From NCBI GenBank assembly GCA_963821635.1, contig CAWGEP010000004.1, forward strand, positions 318,654 through 382,653: a stretch of 64,000 bases of DNA, in the 5' to 3' direction. A program made the position numbers and the translations under genes. Shown one piece after another: positions 11,722 through 21,697 of this stretch. Below the pieces are notes generated by a model that made no database searches, had not been told where the DNA came from, and saw only the letters and a program-made list of their open reading frames with translations. Each line of letters begins with the position of its first letter. Positions within the stretch are counted from its first letter, which is position 1. Origin of the DNA: an uncultured bacterium (GTDB lineage Bacteria; Zixibacteria; MSB-5A5; GN15; FEB-12).

Positions 11722-12728
11722 TTTCCTCTCGGCCCCGCTGTGGTTGATCACGGCGCTGCACCTCTTGACGCTGACGCTACATTTTCTGGCGATGAATTTT
11801 CTGGTCGGGGGAATTATTGCGGTGCTCTGGGGAAGATTTCAAAATCGCTGGCAGGACCAGACGGTCCAGACGTTTCTCAAGCTGTTCCCGAGCGCCATGG
11901 CGGCGACCGTCACGCTTGGGGTCGCGCCTCTGCTTTTCCTCCAACTGGTATATCACCGCCAGGTCTACTCAGCGGCCATTGTCAGCGCCTGGTTCTGGCT
12001 CATGATCATTGTCTCAGTGATCATCGTATATTATCTGCTCTACGCGGCATCGTTTAAGAATCCGGCCGGGAGCGGAAAAACTCCAATCATGCTGACCCTG
12101 GCGCTGGCCGGTTTGCTTTACGTTTCGCTGGTATACAGCTCGGTGTTCTCGATGGCCGAGAAGCCGGCGCTGATGGCGCAGCTTTACGGACAGAGCCAGT
12201 CCGGAAATATCTGGAATCCGGAACTGGGGGATTGGGTGCTCCGCTGGATGCACATGATTTTTGGAGCTATTACCGTTGGGGGGATTCTTTGTGGGCCTGC
12301 TGGGACGGAACAATCCGCAGGCGTTCAAGGTCGGCAAGACGTTTTTTGTCGGCGGAATGGTGCTGGCCTCGCTGGCCGGAATTGGTTACTTGCTCTCACT
12401 GGCGGATTATCTCAAGGTCTTCATGCACACGTTTGGGATTTGGTCGCTCACGCTTGGTGTCCTGCTGGCGCTCGGGTCGCTGCATATGTTTTTCTCCAGG
12501 AAATTCGGGCTCACGGGGATTATGGTTTTCCTGACGGTCTTCGCCATGGTGACCACGCGGCATTACGTCCGGATAGTCAAGCTGGAAGGGGCGTTTGAGC
12601 CCGCGAGCCTGCCGGTTCAGCCGCAATGGGGACCATTCCTGATGTTCCTGATCTGTTTCCTGGTGGCCATTGGGATCATGGTGTACATGCTGCGGATGTT
12701 CTTCCGGTCGCAGAAAGTGCCGGTGTAG
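11702..12728 (+). CDS. Multi-pass membrane partner subunit; frameshift in G tract near 12280
   Basis: LHFLAMN, TLGVAPLLFLQLVY, RWMH; overlaps the end of the upstream gene. Confidence 0.7.
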
Positions 12729-12740
12729 CACACAAAAGAA

Positions 12741-12762
12741 CCGCCGGGCAGTTGCCCGGCGG
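12741..12762. terminator. Bidirectional terminator hairpin
   Basis: CCGCCGGGCA-GT-TGCCCGGCGG between convergent genes. Confidence 0.65.
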
Positions 12763-12788
12763 CCGTTATTTAAGAGAGGATCCTGGAC

Positions 12789-13349
12789 TTACTTAAGAAT
12801 CTGCTCGAACATCGGCTTGAAATCGGAATATTCGCGGGCGCCGATAAACCGGCCGATTTCCTTCCCGGTTTTGTCAAGAAAGATGGTGGTCGGAATTCCG
12901 TTGACAACGTTGTAGTCATCCAAAATCTGATCGTTGGCCATAAGCATCACCCACCCCATGCCGGCCTGATTGGCGAACATTTGGACTTTCAGCGGCGTAT
13001 CTTTTACCGCAAACCCGATGATCTCAACCCCTTTGGGCTCGTACTCATTGTAGAGTTTGATTAGATCCGGGAGCTCGCGGCGGCAGGGTGGGCACCAGGT
13101 TCCCCAGAAATTCAAGACCACCGGCTTCTTGCCGAGCCATTCGTCTGACTTGTGGGCAGTCCCCTTGGTATCAGCAGCGGTGAAGGCAATGCCCGGGCCG
13201 GTCGGGGTAGTTGCGGCCGCCTGAGTGGCCGTCTGCTGGGTTGCGGGGGCAGGTGATTTGGAGGCGACGTCTTCCTTGCTGCCACTGCATGAAATTACGC
13301 AGTAGAGGGCGAAGGCGGCGGCGAAAACGAGGGTCAATTTTGCTTTCAT
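12789..13349 (-). CDS. TlpA/ResA-family thiol-disulfide oxidoreductase (probable lipoprotein)
   Basis: NFWGTWCPPC, GIPTT; signal peptide ending ISC. Confidence 0.92.
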   Translation of the reverse strand: MKAKLTLVFAAAFALYCVISCSGSKEDVASKSPAPATQQTATQAAATTPTGPGIAFTAADTKGTAHKSDEWLGKKPVVLNFWGTWCPPCRRELPDLIKLYNEYEPKGVEIIGFAVKDTPLKVQMFANQAGMGWVMLMANDQILDDYNVVNGIPTTIFLDKTGKEIGRFIGAREYSDFKPMFEQILK

Positions 13350-13435
13350 AATTCCTTAAACCAGCTTGGACTCAAGTTCGTTCAGCCCGAAGCATAGCAA
13401 TCCGCGCCGGAGCAAACAAGCTATGAACTTGGTCG

Positions 13436-14071
13436 TCACTTCCCTTGCGGAGCCGGTGTCGGCTGGCCGGGCTGAGCCTTCTGCGGAGCCGTGTTTTGCT
13501 TCGTCCGCGTAGTATCATAGCGATATTCCGCCACAACCGGCAGAATAGTCATGAGTTGATCTTTGGTCATATATCCCGGAACCGGACCCACTTTTTCCTT
13601 CTTGGTGTTGACGAACCAGAATGTCGGATATCCGGAGACATTAAATTCGGAATTGGCCAGATCCTTCTGCGTGATCTTGAAGCCGTCGATATCCAACAGG
13701 CTGTCCTGATCGGCCCAGACTTTGACCGGCACAAAATTCTTATTGATATAGTGAATGACAGTGGTATCCGAGAAGGCTTCCCGATCCATTTTCTTGCACC
13801 AGCCGCACCAGGTAGTGGTGAAATCGACCATCAAGTGTTTGTCTGTCCCCTTCTGCAACTGAACCCCTTTGTCAAAGGAGACCCAGTGGATCACGTCCGC
13901 AGAGGCGTCGCCGGATGTCGGCTGAGAAGCTTTGGCGGCCGCGGTAGTGTCAGCCACTTTGACGGCGGTCATATTGGCTTTCGGTTTTGGGCTTACTTCG
14001 GCCAGCGCCAGAGCGGCGAGAAGTCCGACCACAAGTAGGAGTACAACGGAGAGGATTTTGGGGGGTCTCAT
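13436..14071 (-). CDS. Secreted thioredoxin-fold protein (DUF255/SoxW-like)
   Basis: DFTTTWCGWCKKM, GYPT; signal peptide. Confidence 0.85.
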   Translation of the reverse strand: MRPPKILSVVLLLVVGLLAALALAEVSPKPKANMTAVKVADTTAAAKASQPTSGDASADVIHWVSFDKGVQLQKGTDKHLMVDFTTTWCGWCKKMDREAFSDTTVIHYINKNFVPVKVWADQDSLLDIDGFKITQKDLANSEFNVSGYPTFWFVNTKKEKVGPVPGYMTKDQLMTILPVVAEYRYDTTRTKQNTAPQKAQPGQPTPAPQGK

Positions 14072-14142
14072 GGATTTACCTTATCGTTCGCTCGATCTCT
14101 TTTCAACTTATATCGGCCTGCGGGCACGCCTGCCTGACCGGA

Positions 14143-17100
14143 TTACGTCTGCAGCGGTCTCAAATAGGCCGCCGAATCTCCCAGCAGTTCCTTAAGAGTG
14201 TCCAGGAGCCGGAAATCAACGGTGACTGAATATTTTCTCGACCGAATATACACTTCGGAGCCATTCTCTCTGGCAGCCAACAGGACCGGGGCACTCCCGC
14301 GAAATTGATCGAGGACAGACAAGGCCTTATCGATCAGGGCTTCCGGGCAATCCTTATCAATTTTTATAACCAATTGGCAATTAAATCGTTCCGTGAGCTT
14401 TTCCAACGGCAAAATCTCGGAAACGATGATTTTGGGGGATTCTTCCTCCCGCGTGGAGACCCGTCCGGTCACCAGGAGCATTCGGTCTATCTCAATGAAC
14501 TCCTTGTTCTTATCGTAGCAATCCGAGAAGCAGATCAGCTCGGCCGTGCCGGAAAACTCCTCGACCGTAACGAAGGCCATCAGATTCCCCTTCTTGTCCG
14601 GCATTTTCTTGATGGCTGCAACGATCCCACCGACCGTCACCTCCCGTGAGTCGGCCACTCCTTTCAGAGCCGAGAGGGAATGAGTCGTGAAACTGGCCAG
14701 TTCATCACGGAACTTGTCGAGGGGATGTCCGGAAATGTAGAAACCGACCATGGCTTTTTCCTGAGTTAGCCTTTGGTGACTCCCCCACTCCGGGATCGGC
14801 GGAAGAGCCGGCGCGACCCGGCTGATGGCCACGCCCGACCCGGCGAACAGATCATGGCTGCTGGATTGCTCGGCGACCCGGTGGGCGTAATCGAGATATG
14901 CCTCGACGACCTCATGCTTCTGGGCGCGGCTTCCTTCGACTGAATCGCAGGCTCCGGCCGCGACCAGAGACTCCAGGGTTCTTCGATTGATATATTTGAG
15001 CGGGACCCTGGTAACCAAGTCGGCCAGCGTGGCGAAACGTTCGCCCGACTTGCGCGCATCCGAGATGGCATGAGCCGCCTCTTCACCGACATTCTTGACT
15101 GCCTGCAATCCGAACCGGATCTTTCCGTTCACCACGGAAAAGTCGCTTCGAGATTCATTGACGTCGGGCGGTTCAACTGTGACCCCGAGGCGGCGCGCTT
15201 CCTCCAAAAGAGTATAGATTCGGTCGGTGTCGGTAATTTCCGAAGTCATCATGGCGGCCATGAATTCCCTCGGATAGTAGCACTTTAGCCAGGCGGTCTG
15301 GTAGGCGATAAACGCGTAGCACGTGGCATGCGCCTTATTGAAACCGTACCGGGCAAATGTCTCGATCTGATCAAAAACTTCGGCGGCCGACTTGGGATCG
15401 ACTCCCCGTTTTTCGGCGCCGTCAAGGAATTCCTGCTTCTGCCCGGCCATCAGGGCGGCGTCCTTTTTGCCCATCGCCTTTCGAAGCAGATCTGCCTGCC
15501 CGAGCGTATATCCGGCCAATTGATTGGCGATCTGGAGCACCTGTTCCTGGAAGACGATGACGCCGTAGGTTTCGCCGAGAATCTTCTCGAGTTTCGGATT
15601 GAGATAACTTGTCTGAAGCGTCCCTTTCTTCCGCTCGATATAAATATCGATCATGTTGAGTTCCTGCCCCTTGCGGACTTCAACGCGGGCATCGAGCGGA
15701 CCGGGACGATACAGGGCATTCATGACGGAGAGATCGGTGAAGGCCTCCGGATGCAGTTTTTTCAGATACTCGCGCATCCCCGGAGATTCAAACTGGAAGA
15801 TTCCGGCCGTCTCGCCCCGGGCGAAGATCTCGAAGACTTTGGGATCATCCAGCGGGAGGGCATCGATGTCGATTCTGACCTCGGGATTGTTTTCGCCAAT
15901 CATGCGAAGAGCGTCGTCAATCACGGTCAGCGTGCGCAAGCCGAGAAAATCCATCTTCAACAGACCGATCTCCTCGACCATCTTCATATCATACTGAGTG
16001 GTTACTTCGTCTCGGGACCCCTTGAACAGCGGAACGTAGTTGGTCAGAGCCGACGGGGCAATCACGACTCCGGCGGCATGGGTCGAAGCATGGCGCGCCA
16101 AGCCCTCAAGCGTTTTCGAATAATTGATGAGTCGGGCAACCCGCTGGTCTTTCTTGACCAAATCGGCCAGTTCCGAGGACTGGGCCAGGGCATCCTCAAG
16201 TGTAATATCGAGCTTGGCCGGAATCAGTTTGGCGATCCGGTCAACCTCGGAATAGGGAAATCCAAGCACCCGGCCGACATCACGCACCACTCCGCGCGCC
16301 GCCATGGTGCCAAAAGTGATGATCTGAGTGACGTTGTCGGAGCCGTATTTTTCAATGACGTATTTGATGATTTTGTCGCGGCCGCGATCGGCGAAATCGA
16401 TATCGATATCAGGCATCGAGACCCGTTCCGGATTGAGAAACCGCTCGAAGAGAAGCTCGAATTTGATCGGGTCGATATTCGTGATTTTGAGCGCATACGA
16501 GACCAACGATCCGGCGGCGGAGCCTCTCCCCGGCCCCACGGGAATCCCCTGAGAGCGGGCGTAATCACAAAAATCTTTGACAATCAGGAAATATCCGGCG
16601 TACCCCATTTGCTTGATGACGCCGAGCTCGTATTCGAGCCGTTCAGTGATCTGTTTAGTGATCTTGGTGTAACGCTCGGTAAGGCCCCGGTCGGACAGGT
16701 GGCGAAGAAAACTGTCCGGATCGACAAACTCGCGCGGGATCGGAAAGACCGGGAGTTTGAGCTGACCCAGCTCGAGTTTGAGATCGCAGGCCTCGGCGAT
16801 CCGAAGCGAGTTCTCCATGGCTTCTTTGTAATCCCCGAACACCTGCTCCATTTCCTGGGGAGACTTAAAGTAGATCTGGTCGGAATTGTACCGCATCCGG
16901 TCGGCATCTTCGACTTTCCGGTCGGTCTGGATACAGAGCAAGGCATCGTGAGCCTCCCAATCCTCGCGTCGCAGGTAGTGGCAGTCGTTGGTGGCGACCA
17001 GAGGGATGCCGGTTTCTTTGGAGATCGCGACGATTTTGGGAATGATCTGCTGTTCCTTCTCGAGACCATGATTCTGAATCTCCAGAAAGAAATTACCCGG

Positions 17101-17613
17101 CCCGAAAATCTCCTGAAACTCCCGCGCGGTAGCGACAGCGGCATCGGTTTCACCACGCTGAAGGTGCCAGTTGACTTCGCCGGCCAGACAGGCCGAAGTG
17201 GCGATCAGTCCTTCGGAGTGTAATCGAAGCAATTCCCGGTCTATGCGGGGGCGGTGGTAGAATCCTTCGAGAAATCCGGCGGTGGAAAGTTTCATCAGAT
17301 TCCGGTAGCCGGTGAGGTTCTTGGCCAGGAGAATCATGTGGAACCCGCCGTTGGGGTAGAGATTGGAGGGTTTCTTGTCGAACCGACTCCCTCCCGCCAC
17401 ATAGGCTTCCGTCCCGATGATCGGCTTGATCCCTTCTTTGGTGGCTTTCTTATAGAATTCAATGGCGCCGAAAAGATTCCCGTGATCGGTAATTGCCAGC
17501 GCCGGCATTTTGAACTCTTTGGCAAGCTTGATGACCGAGTCGAGACGGCAGGCGCCATCGAGCAGCGAGTACTGACTGTGCGTATGTAAATGAACGAAAT
17601 TGGCGTATTTCAT
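14143..17613 (-). CDS. dnaE: DNA polymerase III alpha subunit
   Basis: HLHTHSQYSLLDG PHP domain, GRGSAAGS, MPDIDID, FNKAH; 1156 aa. Confidence 0.99.
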   Translation of the reverse strand: MKYANFVHLHTHSQYSLLDGACRLDSVIKLAKEFKMPALAITDHGNLFGAIEFYKKATKEGIKPIIGTEAYVAGGSRFDKKPSNLYPNGGFHMILLAKNLTGYRNLMKLSTAGFLEGFYHRPRIDRELLRLHSEGLIATSACLAGEVNWHLQRGETDAAVATAREFQEIFGPGNFFLEIQNHGLEKEQQIIPKIVAISKETGIPLVATNDCHYLRREDWEAHDALLCIQTDRKVEDADRMRYNSDQIYFKSPQEMEQVFGDYKEAMENSLRIAEACDLKLELGQLKLPVFPIPREFVDPDSFLRHLSDRGLTERYTKITKQITERLEYELGVIKQMGYAGYFLIVKDFCDYARSQGIPVGPGRGSAAGSLVSYALKITNIDPIKFELLFERFLNPERVSMPDIDIDFADRGRDKIIKYVIEKYGSDNVTQIITFGTMAARGVVRDVGRVLGFPYSEVDRIAKLIPAKLDITLEDALAQSSELADLVKKDQRVARLINYSKTLEGLARHASTHAAGVVIAPSALTNYVPLFKGSRDEVTTQYDMKMVEEIGLLKMDFLGLRTLTVIDDALRMIGENNPEVRIDIDALPLDDPKVFEIFARGETAGIFQFESPGMREYLKKLHPEAFTDLSVMNALYRPGPLDARVEVRKGQELNMIDIYIERKKGTLQTSYLNPKLEKILGETYGVIVFQEQVLQIANQLAGYTLGQADLLRKAMGKKDAALMAGQKQEFLDGAEKRGVDPKSAAEVFDQIETFARYGFNKAHATCYAFIAYQTAWLKCYYPREFMAAMMTSEITDTDRIYTLLEEARRLGVTVEPPDVNESRSDFSVVNGKIRFGLQAVKNVGEEAAHAISDARKSGERFATLADLVTRVPLKYINRRTLESLVAAGACDSVEGSRAQKHEVVEAYLDYAHRVAEQSSSHDLFAGSGVAISRVAPALPPIPEWGSHQRLTQEKAMVGFYISGHPLDKFRDELASFTTHSLSALKGVADSREVTVGGIVAAIKKMPDKKGNLMAFVTVEEFSGTAELICFSDCYDKNKEFIEIDRMLLVTGRVSTREEESPKIIVSEILPLEKLTERFNCQLVIKIDKDCPEALIDKALSVLDQFRGSAPVLLAARENGSEVYIRSRKYSVTVDFRLLDTLKELLGDSAAYLRPLQT

Positions 17614-17769
17614 CTGTCTGGCAATCCTAACCTTCTGTCATAGTAATTACGCCCCGAAGGGGAGTTGGGTCAATATCATTCTGGGACATGACGAAAATGC
17701 GTCTCAATTCTGTGCGCATAAGTGCGTGATTTCAAATTGACGCTGTGGACAATTACGGGGATGTGAGGT

Positions 17770-18273
17770 TCAACGCTGCTCGTCGGCCTTGATAATGTTC
17801 ATCTCCAGGATAATTTCATCCCGGATCGGAATGCCGTAGAACCCTTCTAAGGGGATACTTGGCTTGATCTTGCGGGATTCCTCGATCGCCTGCGGGTAGA
17901 TCGCCGCAAGCTGAAAACCGCGCCGCTGGTAGAATCGAAGGGCATCGACATTATCATTGGTCGTCACAAGCCAAAGCCGGTGGCAGCCGTGCGCTTTGGC
18001 CAATTTCCGAAGGCTGGTGACCAGAGCCGTGCCGATTCCGAGGTGAGGAGTGAAGGCATTCAGAGTGACCATCTCGCAATCGTTGCCGACAACTTCGTAG
18101 GTCACCAGTCCGACCCGGTTCCCTTGTTCGTCGGCGGCATAGAATCCCTGCAGATCTTTCGGGAAATGCTTGAGTCCGCGCGAGACGACGAAGTCGGCCC
18201 CCCATTCTTTCTTGAACTGGTCGGCGACCCAGGGGATATCTGCTTTTGTCACGGTGTGCACTGATACGACCAT
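17770..18273 (-). CDS. GNAT acetyltransferase
   Basis: GIGTAL, LVTTNDNVDALRFYQRRGF. Confidence 0.9.
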   Translation of the reverse strand: MVVSVHTVTKADIPWVADQFKKEWGADFVVSRGLKHFPKDLQGFYAADEQGNRVGLVTYEVVGNDCEMVTLNAFTPHLGIGTALVTSLRKLAKAHGCHRLWLVTTNDNVDALRFYQRRGFQLAAIYPQAIEESRKIKPSIPLEGFYGIPIRDEIILEMNIIKADEQR

Positions 18274-18325
18274 GGCAACCTCACTCTTGCAACGGACAAC
18301 GGGATTTGTCGCGGCTGCCGGAAAC

Positions 18326-18964
18326 TCAAATGGAGCCGGTCAGACCGTCGTGAATGAACTTCCCCCCCAGATACAACAGGAACAGAGCGCAGGCAAGGAT
18401 TAAACCTCGGAAGGCGACTCCCACGATGAGCTTTCGTCCGGTCCAGAGGAGAATCGAGACCGCGGTGTACCAGACGAAGTCGGAAAGGATGTGGCCAAAA
18501 TAGAAAACCACCGGGCCGATCCACCCGAACGCTGACGATTTAACAACAAACGCTAAACCGGTCGTGGCCCACCAGACGAACCAGAACGGATTGGACAGGG
18601 TCGCGGTGATTCCCTCGCCGGCAAGTTTATGGTGCGGTTTCTTGGAGGTCTGGACCGAATCGTATTTGACCCGGTTGCGGATGATATCGTACGCCATCAT
18701 TCCCCCCATGAGAATCAAAGCGGCTCCCCCTACGACTCCGATAATCTGGCGGATCAATTGATTCTCGGCGAGGGCGGCGACTCCAAACGCCAGGAGCAGG
18801 ACGACGCCGATTTCAGCGATGGCGTGTCCGATCGACAGCACCGGCCCGGTGTACCAGCCGTGGCGCGGGGTGTTGGCAATATCGACCGCCAGCAGGGGGC
18901 CCGGCATCATGGCGCCGGAGAACCCGACCACGAAGGAGTTGAGGAAAAGGGCGAGTAAGGGCAT
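18326..18964 (-). CDS. LysE-family transporter
   Basis: GFSGAMMPGP, LSNPFWFVWW. Confidence 0.88.
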   Translation of the reverse strand: MPLLALFLNSFVVGFSGAMMPGPLLAVDIANTPRHGWYTGPVLSIGHAIAEIGVVLLLAFGVAALAENQLIRQIIGVVGGAALILMGGMMAYDIIRNRVKYDSVQTSKKPHHKLAGEGITATLSNPFWFVWWATTGLAFVVKSSAFGWIGPVVFYFGHILSDFVWYTAVSILLWTGRKLIVGVAFRGLILACALFLLYLGGKFIHDGLTGSI

Positions 18965-19044
18965 CGTGAGATAACATACAACGTGGACTGGAATGTTCCA
19001 AGGGGAATGGGGGGAGCCAGGGCCTCGTTCGGACCGCTCAACCG

Positions 19045-19331
19045 TGCTTCTCGTCTTCCGCTCGAAGCGACGAAACTATACTCCCTTCAAATTCTGGGGT
19101 CGGACGGGCCAGGAGGCGTCGGTTCGAGCGCTAGTCGAGAACCAAGGGGAGTCGGACGGCCTAACAACATCAGCCTGCTTCTCGTCTCCGCTCGAAGCGA
19201 CGAAACGACACTTCCTCGAGTTCCTACGATCTGGCGGGGCGGGGGCGTCGGTTCGAGCGCTAGTCGAGAACCAAGGGGAGTCGGACGGTCTAACAACATC
19301 AGCCTGCTTCTCGTCTCCGCTCGAAGCGACG
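19045..19331. repeat. Array of CGTC-tagged REP-like palindromes (two 88-bp direct repeats, each an inverted pair, plus one half-unit)
   Basis: 19115-19202 and 19244-19331 are identical except for 1 nt; arms CGTCGGTTCGAGCGCTAGTCGAGAACCA and TGCTTCTCGTCTCCGCTCGAAGCGACG. Confidence 0.85.
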
Positions 19332-19399
19332 GAACTGCCTCACGCAAATGTGACTCAAGCGATCTTGCCAAACAATTCGGTGCTTGGTAGCTTCCGGCT

Positions 19400-19723
19400 A
19401 TGAAGCACCCTACCGTGTACATTTTGAAATGCTCGGACGGGCTGTATTACACGGGGTCGACTACGAATCTGATCCAACGAATTGAGCAGCATGCATCCGG
19501 AGTTGCTTCCTCGTTCACGTCGCGTCGCCTGCCGGTGAAGCTGGTGTTCTGGATGGAGTTCCCGTCCATAACTGAAGCTTCGCGGGCGGAGAAACAGATC
19601 AAAGATTGGTCCAAAGCCAAGAAGGCGGCGCTGATTCGAGGTGACGTTGAAGAACTTAGAACTCTCTCAGCTTGCCGAAATGAGACGAGTTCGAAATTGT
19701 CTTTGCACTGGCATCTCGGTTGA
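19400..19723 (+). CDS. Small stand-alone GIY-YIG nuclease (YhbQ-like)
   Basis: VYILKCSDGLYYTGST...RIEQH...FTSRRLPVKLV...EKQIKDWSKAKK. Confidence 0.92.
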   Translation: MKHPTVYILKCSDGLYYTGSTTNLIQRIEQHASGVASSFTSRRLPVKLVFWMEFPSITEASRAEKQIKDWSKAKKAALIRGDVEELRTLSACRNETSSKLSLHWHLG

Positions 19724-19764
19724 ATCGTCTATAGATTAGAGCAAGGATTGATGGGGAGATAAAC

Positions 19765-20802
19765 GTGTCCAGATTCTGTCTTTCACTGTTTTTTTTGATT
19801 TGCACTTCTGTGCTTGTTCCGAACTCGCGGGCCGAGGCCTCGGACAGAAAATCAGATGATTCTATCGACTGGAACGATATCGACGAATACACGACCTCCG
19901 AATGGGGGCCGGTTTCCGATGGTTTGAGCATTCGGGTCGTAACTCCAAATGAACTTTCGTACGGGATGCCTATTACCATGTTGCTCGAGCGGAGAATTGA
20001 CTCGTCAATGCTCCCGCCGGGGATAACGCGCTGGACCGGATCGCCGGAGAAGGTCAAATATCAGTTGGACATCTTCGACAGTCCGGAATGCCCTGGGGAG
20101 TGCACGCAGCGATATGTGTATGGGAGTTCGGTCCGAAAGCTCGACAGACAACATGATATCGATTTCACGAAATTGCGGAATCAGCCTATTGTTCTCCAAT
20201 TCAAACCTGACAAAACCAGTCGATTCAGGAAGTCAAAAGCGGGTTTTCTCGAAGAACTTGATCTTCCCTCTTATCCCTTGGTATCGGGGAATCACAAGTA
20301 TCGACTAAAGATGATTGTGAGCGATTCAAAGGATGGTTCCTGGAACGGGGTTGCGGAGACACTCTTCGGCGTACGAGTGGCACGCAAACTAGTTGTCCGG
20401 AAGAAGTTGACCGTCATCGTTCCGCATGGGTTAGAACTGCGTTCTCCTTGCAGGTTCGGTTTTACCCTCGTACAACTCGATACCGTTGTAGTCTTCCCCA
20501 AATTGGCGACAGGTGGAGGGGTTCGAACAGAGCGTTTTTGCATGACTTACCTGGGGCCATTTGTTAGTAGTAGCGCGACTCAGTTGATACGCGATACAAC
20601 GTCTTGGCAGATAAGATCCATTTGCCATGCAAAGATTCTGGATGGAGCCCTCGTAGGCGCTATTTCGATACAGATCCTCGATATGGACGGAGTGCCCCCT
20701 CAATACTTGCTTCTATCAGGCGGAGAGACTCTTTGGGAGAGGCATTATAAACTCGCTCTAGCTCCCGAGCAAATCCAAGCACTAGACAGTTGCCAGCACT
20801 GA
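19765..20802 (+). CDS. Hypothetical secreted protein
   Basis: 345-aa ORF with a signal-peptide-like N-terminus; AT-richer than its neighbours. Confidence 0.6.
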   Translation: MSRFCLSLFFLICTSVLVPNSRAEASDRKSDDSIDWNDIDEYTTSEWGPVSDGLSIRVVTPNELSYGMPITMLLERRIDSSMLPPGITRWTGSPEKVKYQLDIFDSPECPGECTQRYVYGSSVRKLDRQHDIDFTKLRNQPIVLQFKPDKTSRFRKSKAGFLEELDLPSYPLVSGNHKYRLKMIVSDSKDGSWNGVAETLFGVRVARKLVVRKKLTVIVPHGLELRSPCRFGFTLVQLDTVVVFPKLATGGGVRTERFCMTYLGPFVSSSATQLIRDTTSWQIRSICHAKILDGALVGAISIQILDMDGVPPQYLLLSGGETLWERHYKLALAPEQIQALDSCQH

Positions 20803-20861
20803 TCGCAAAGAAACGGGCAGGAGTACTCCTGCCCGCAAGCTTGTTAGCGACAGCTTATCCC

Positions 20862-21648
20862 TCAGTGCCCCGTGAAACTTGGCTTCCGCTTCTCCAAAAA
20901 CGCTTCCATTCCTTCGTTCTTGTCGCCGGTGCCGCAGATCGAGCCGAAATTGGCTTTCTCCAGATCGCACCCGGCGGTGAGAATGACATCCAGGCCGCGA
21001 TTGATGCATTCCTTGGCCATCTGAATCGCCAGCGGACCTTTGGTGCAAATCAGTTCCGCCATTTCAATCGCCTTCGGCCATAAGCTGATCGGGAGGGTAG
21101 ACTTCTTCAACCAAGCCGATCCGGTGCGCCTCCGCCGCGTTGATCATTTCGCCGGTCAGAATCATCTGCATCGCCTTGCCGCGCCCGACAAATCTCGGCA
21201 GCCGCTGTGTGCCGCCATAGCCGGGAATAATCCCAAGGTTGACTTCGGGCTGGCCAAGCTTGGCTTTCTCCGAGGCCAGACGGATATCACAGGCCATAGC
21301 CAGTTCGCACCCGCCGCCGAGCGCAAAGCCGTTTATTGCGGCAATCACCGGTTTGGGGAAATTCTGAATCGATTTCATGAGATATAGCCCCTTGGCGGAG
21401 AAATCGGACCCGGAGCGAACATCGAGATCCGCCAATTCCGGAATATCGGCCCCGGCCACAAAGGCTTTCTCCCCGGCACCGGTGATGATCACGCATTTTA
21501 CGGTGTCATCGGTCCAGTGGAAGCTGAAGAGCTGCTGAAGTTCCGCCACGGTCTCGCGGTTTAGCGCGTTGAGCGCCCGTTCGCGATTGATCTTGATGAT
21601 CAGGATCGCGCCCTTTTTTTCGACCAGTAGATTCTTGTACTCGGCCAT
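20862..21648 (-). CDS. crt: Enoyl-CoA hydratase/crotonase; frameshift near 21075
   Basis: AFVAGADI, ALGGGCELAMACD, GQPEVNLGIIPG; C-terminal EGMEAFLEKRKP in the next frame. Confidence 0.9.
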
Positions 21649-21697
21649 GATACTTTGTCCTTTTGCTATGAAAAATCGATAATCTCGCGTTCGGAAA

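Noticed and set aside
14143-17613. Intein in DnaE
   Set aside because: Normal length and no splice-junction or homing endonuclease motifs seen.
19045-19331. Possible CRISPR array
   Set aside because: Arms alternate in orientation, the inner spacer is duplicated rather than unique, and no cas genes are present; REP-like instead.
18983-19422. ORFs spanning the repeat array
   Set aside because: They are translations of palindromic repeats on both strands with no protein motifs.
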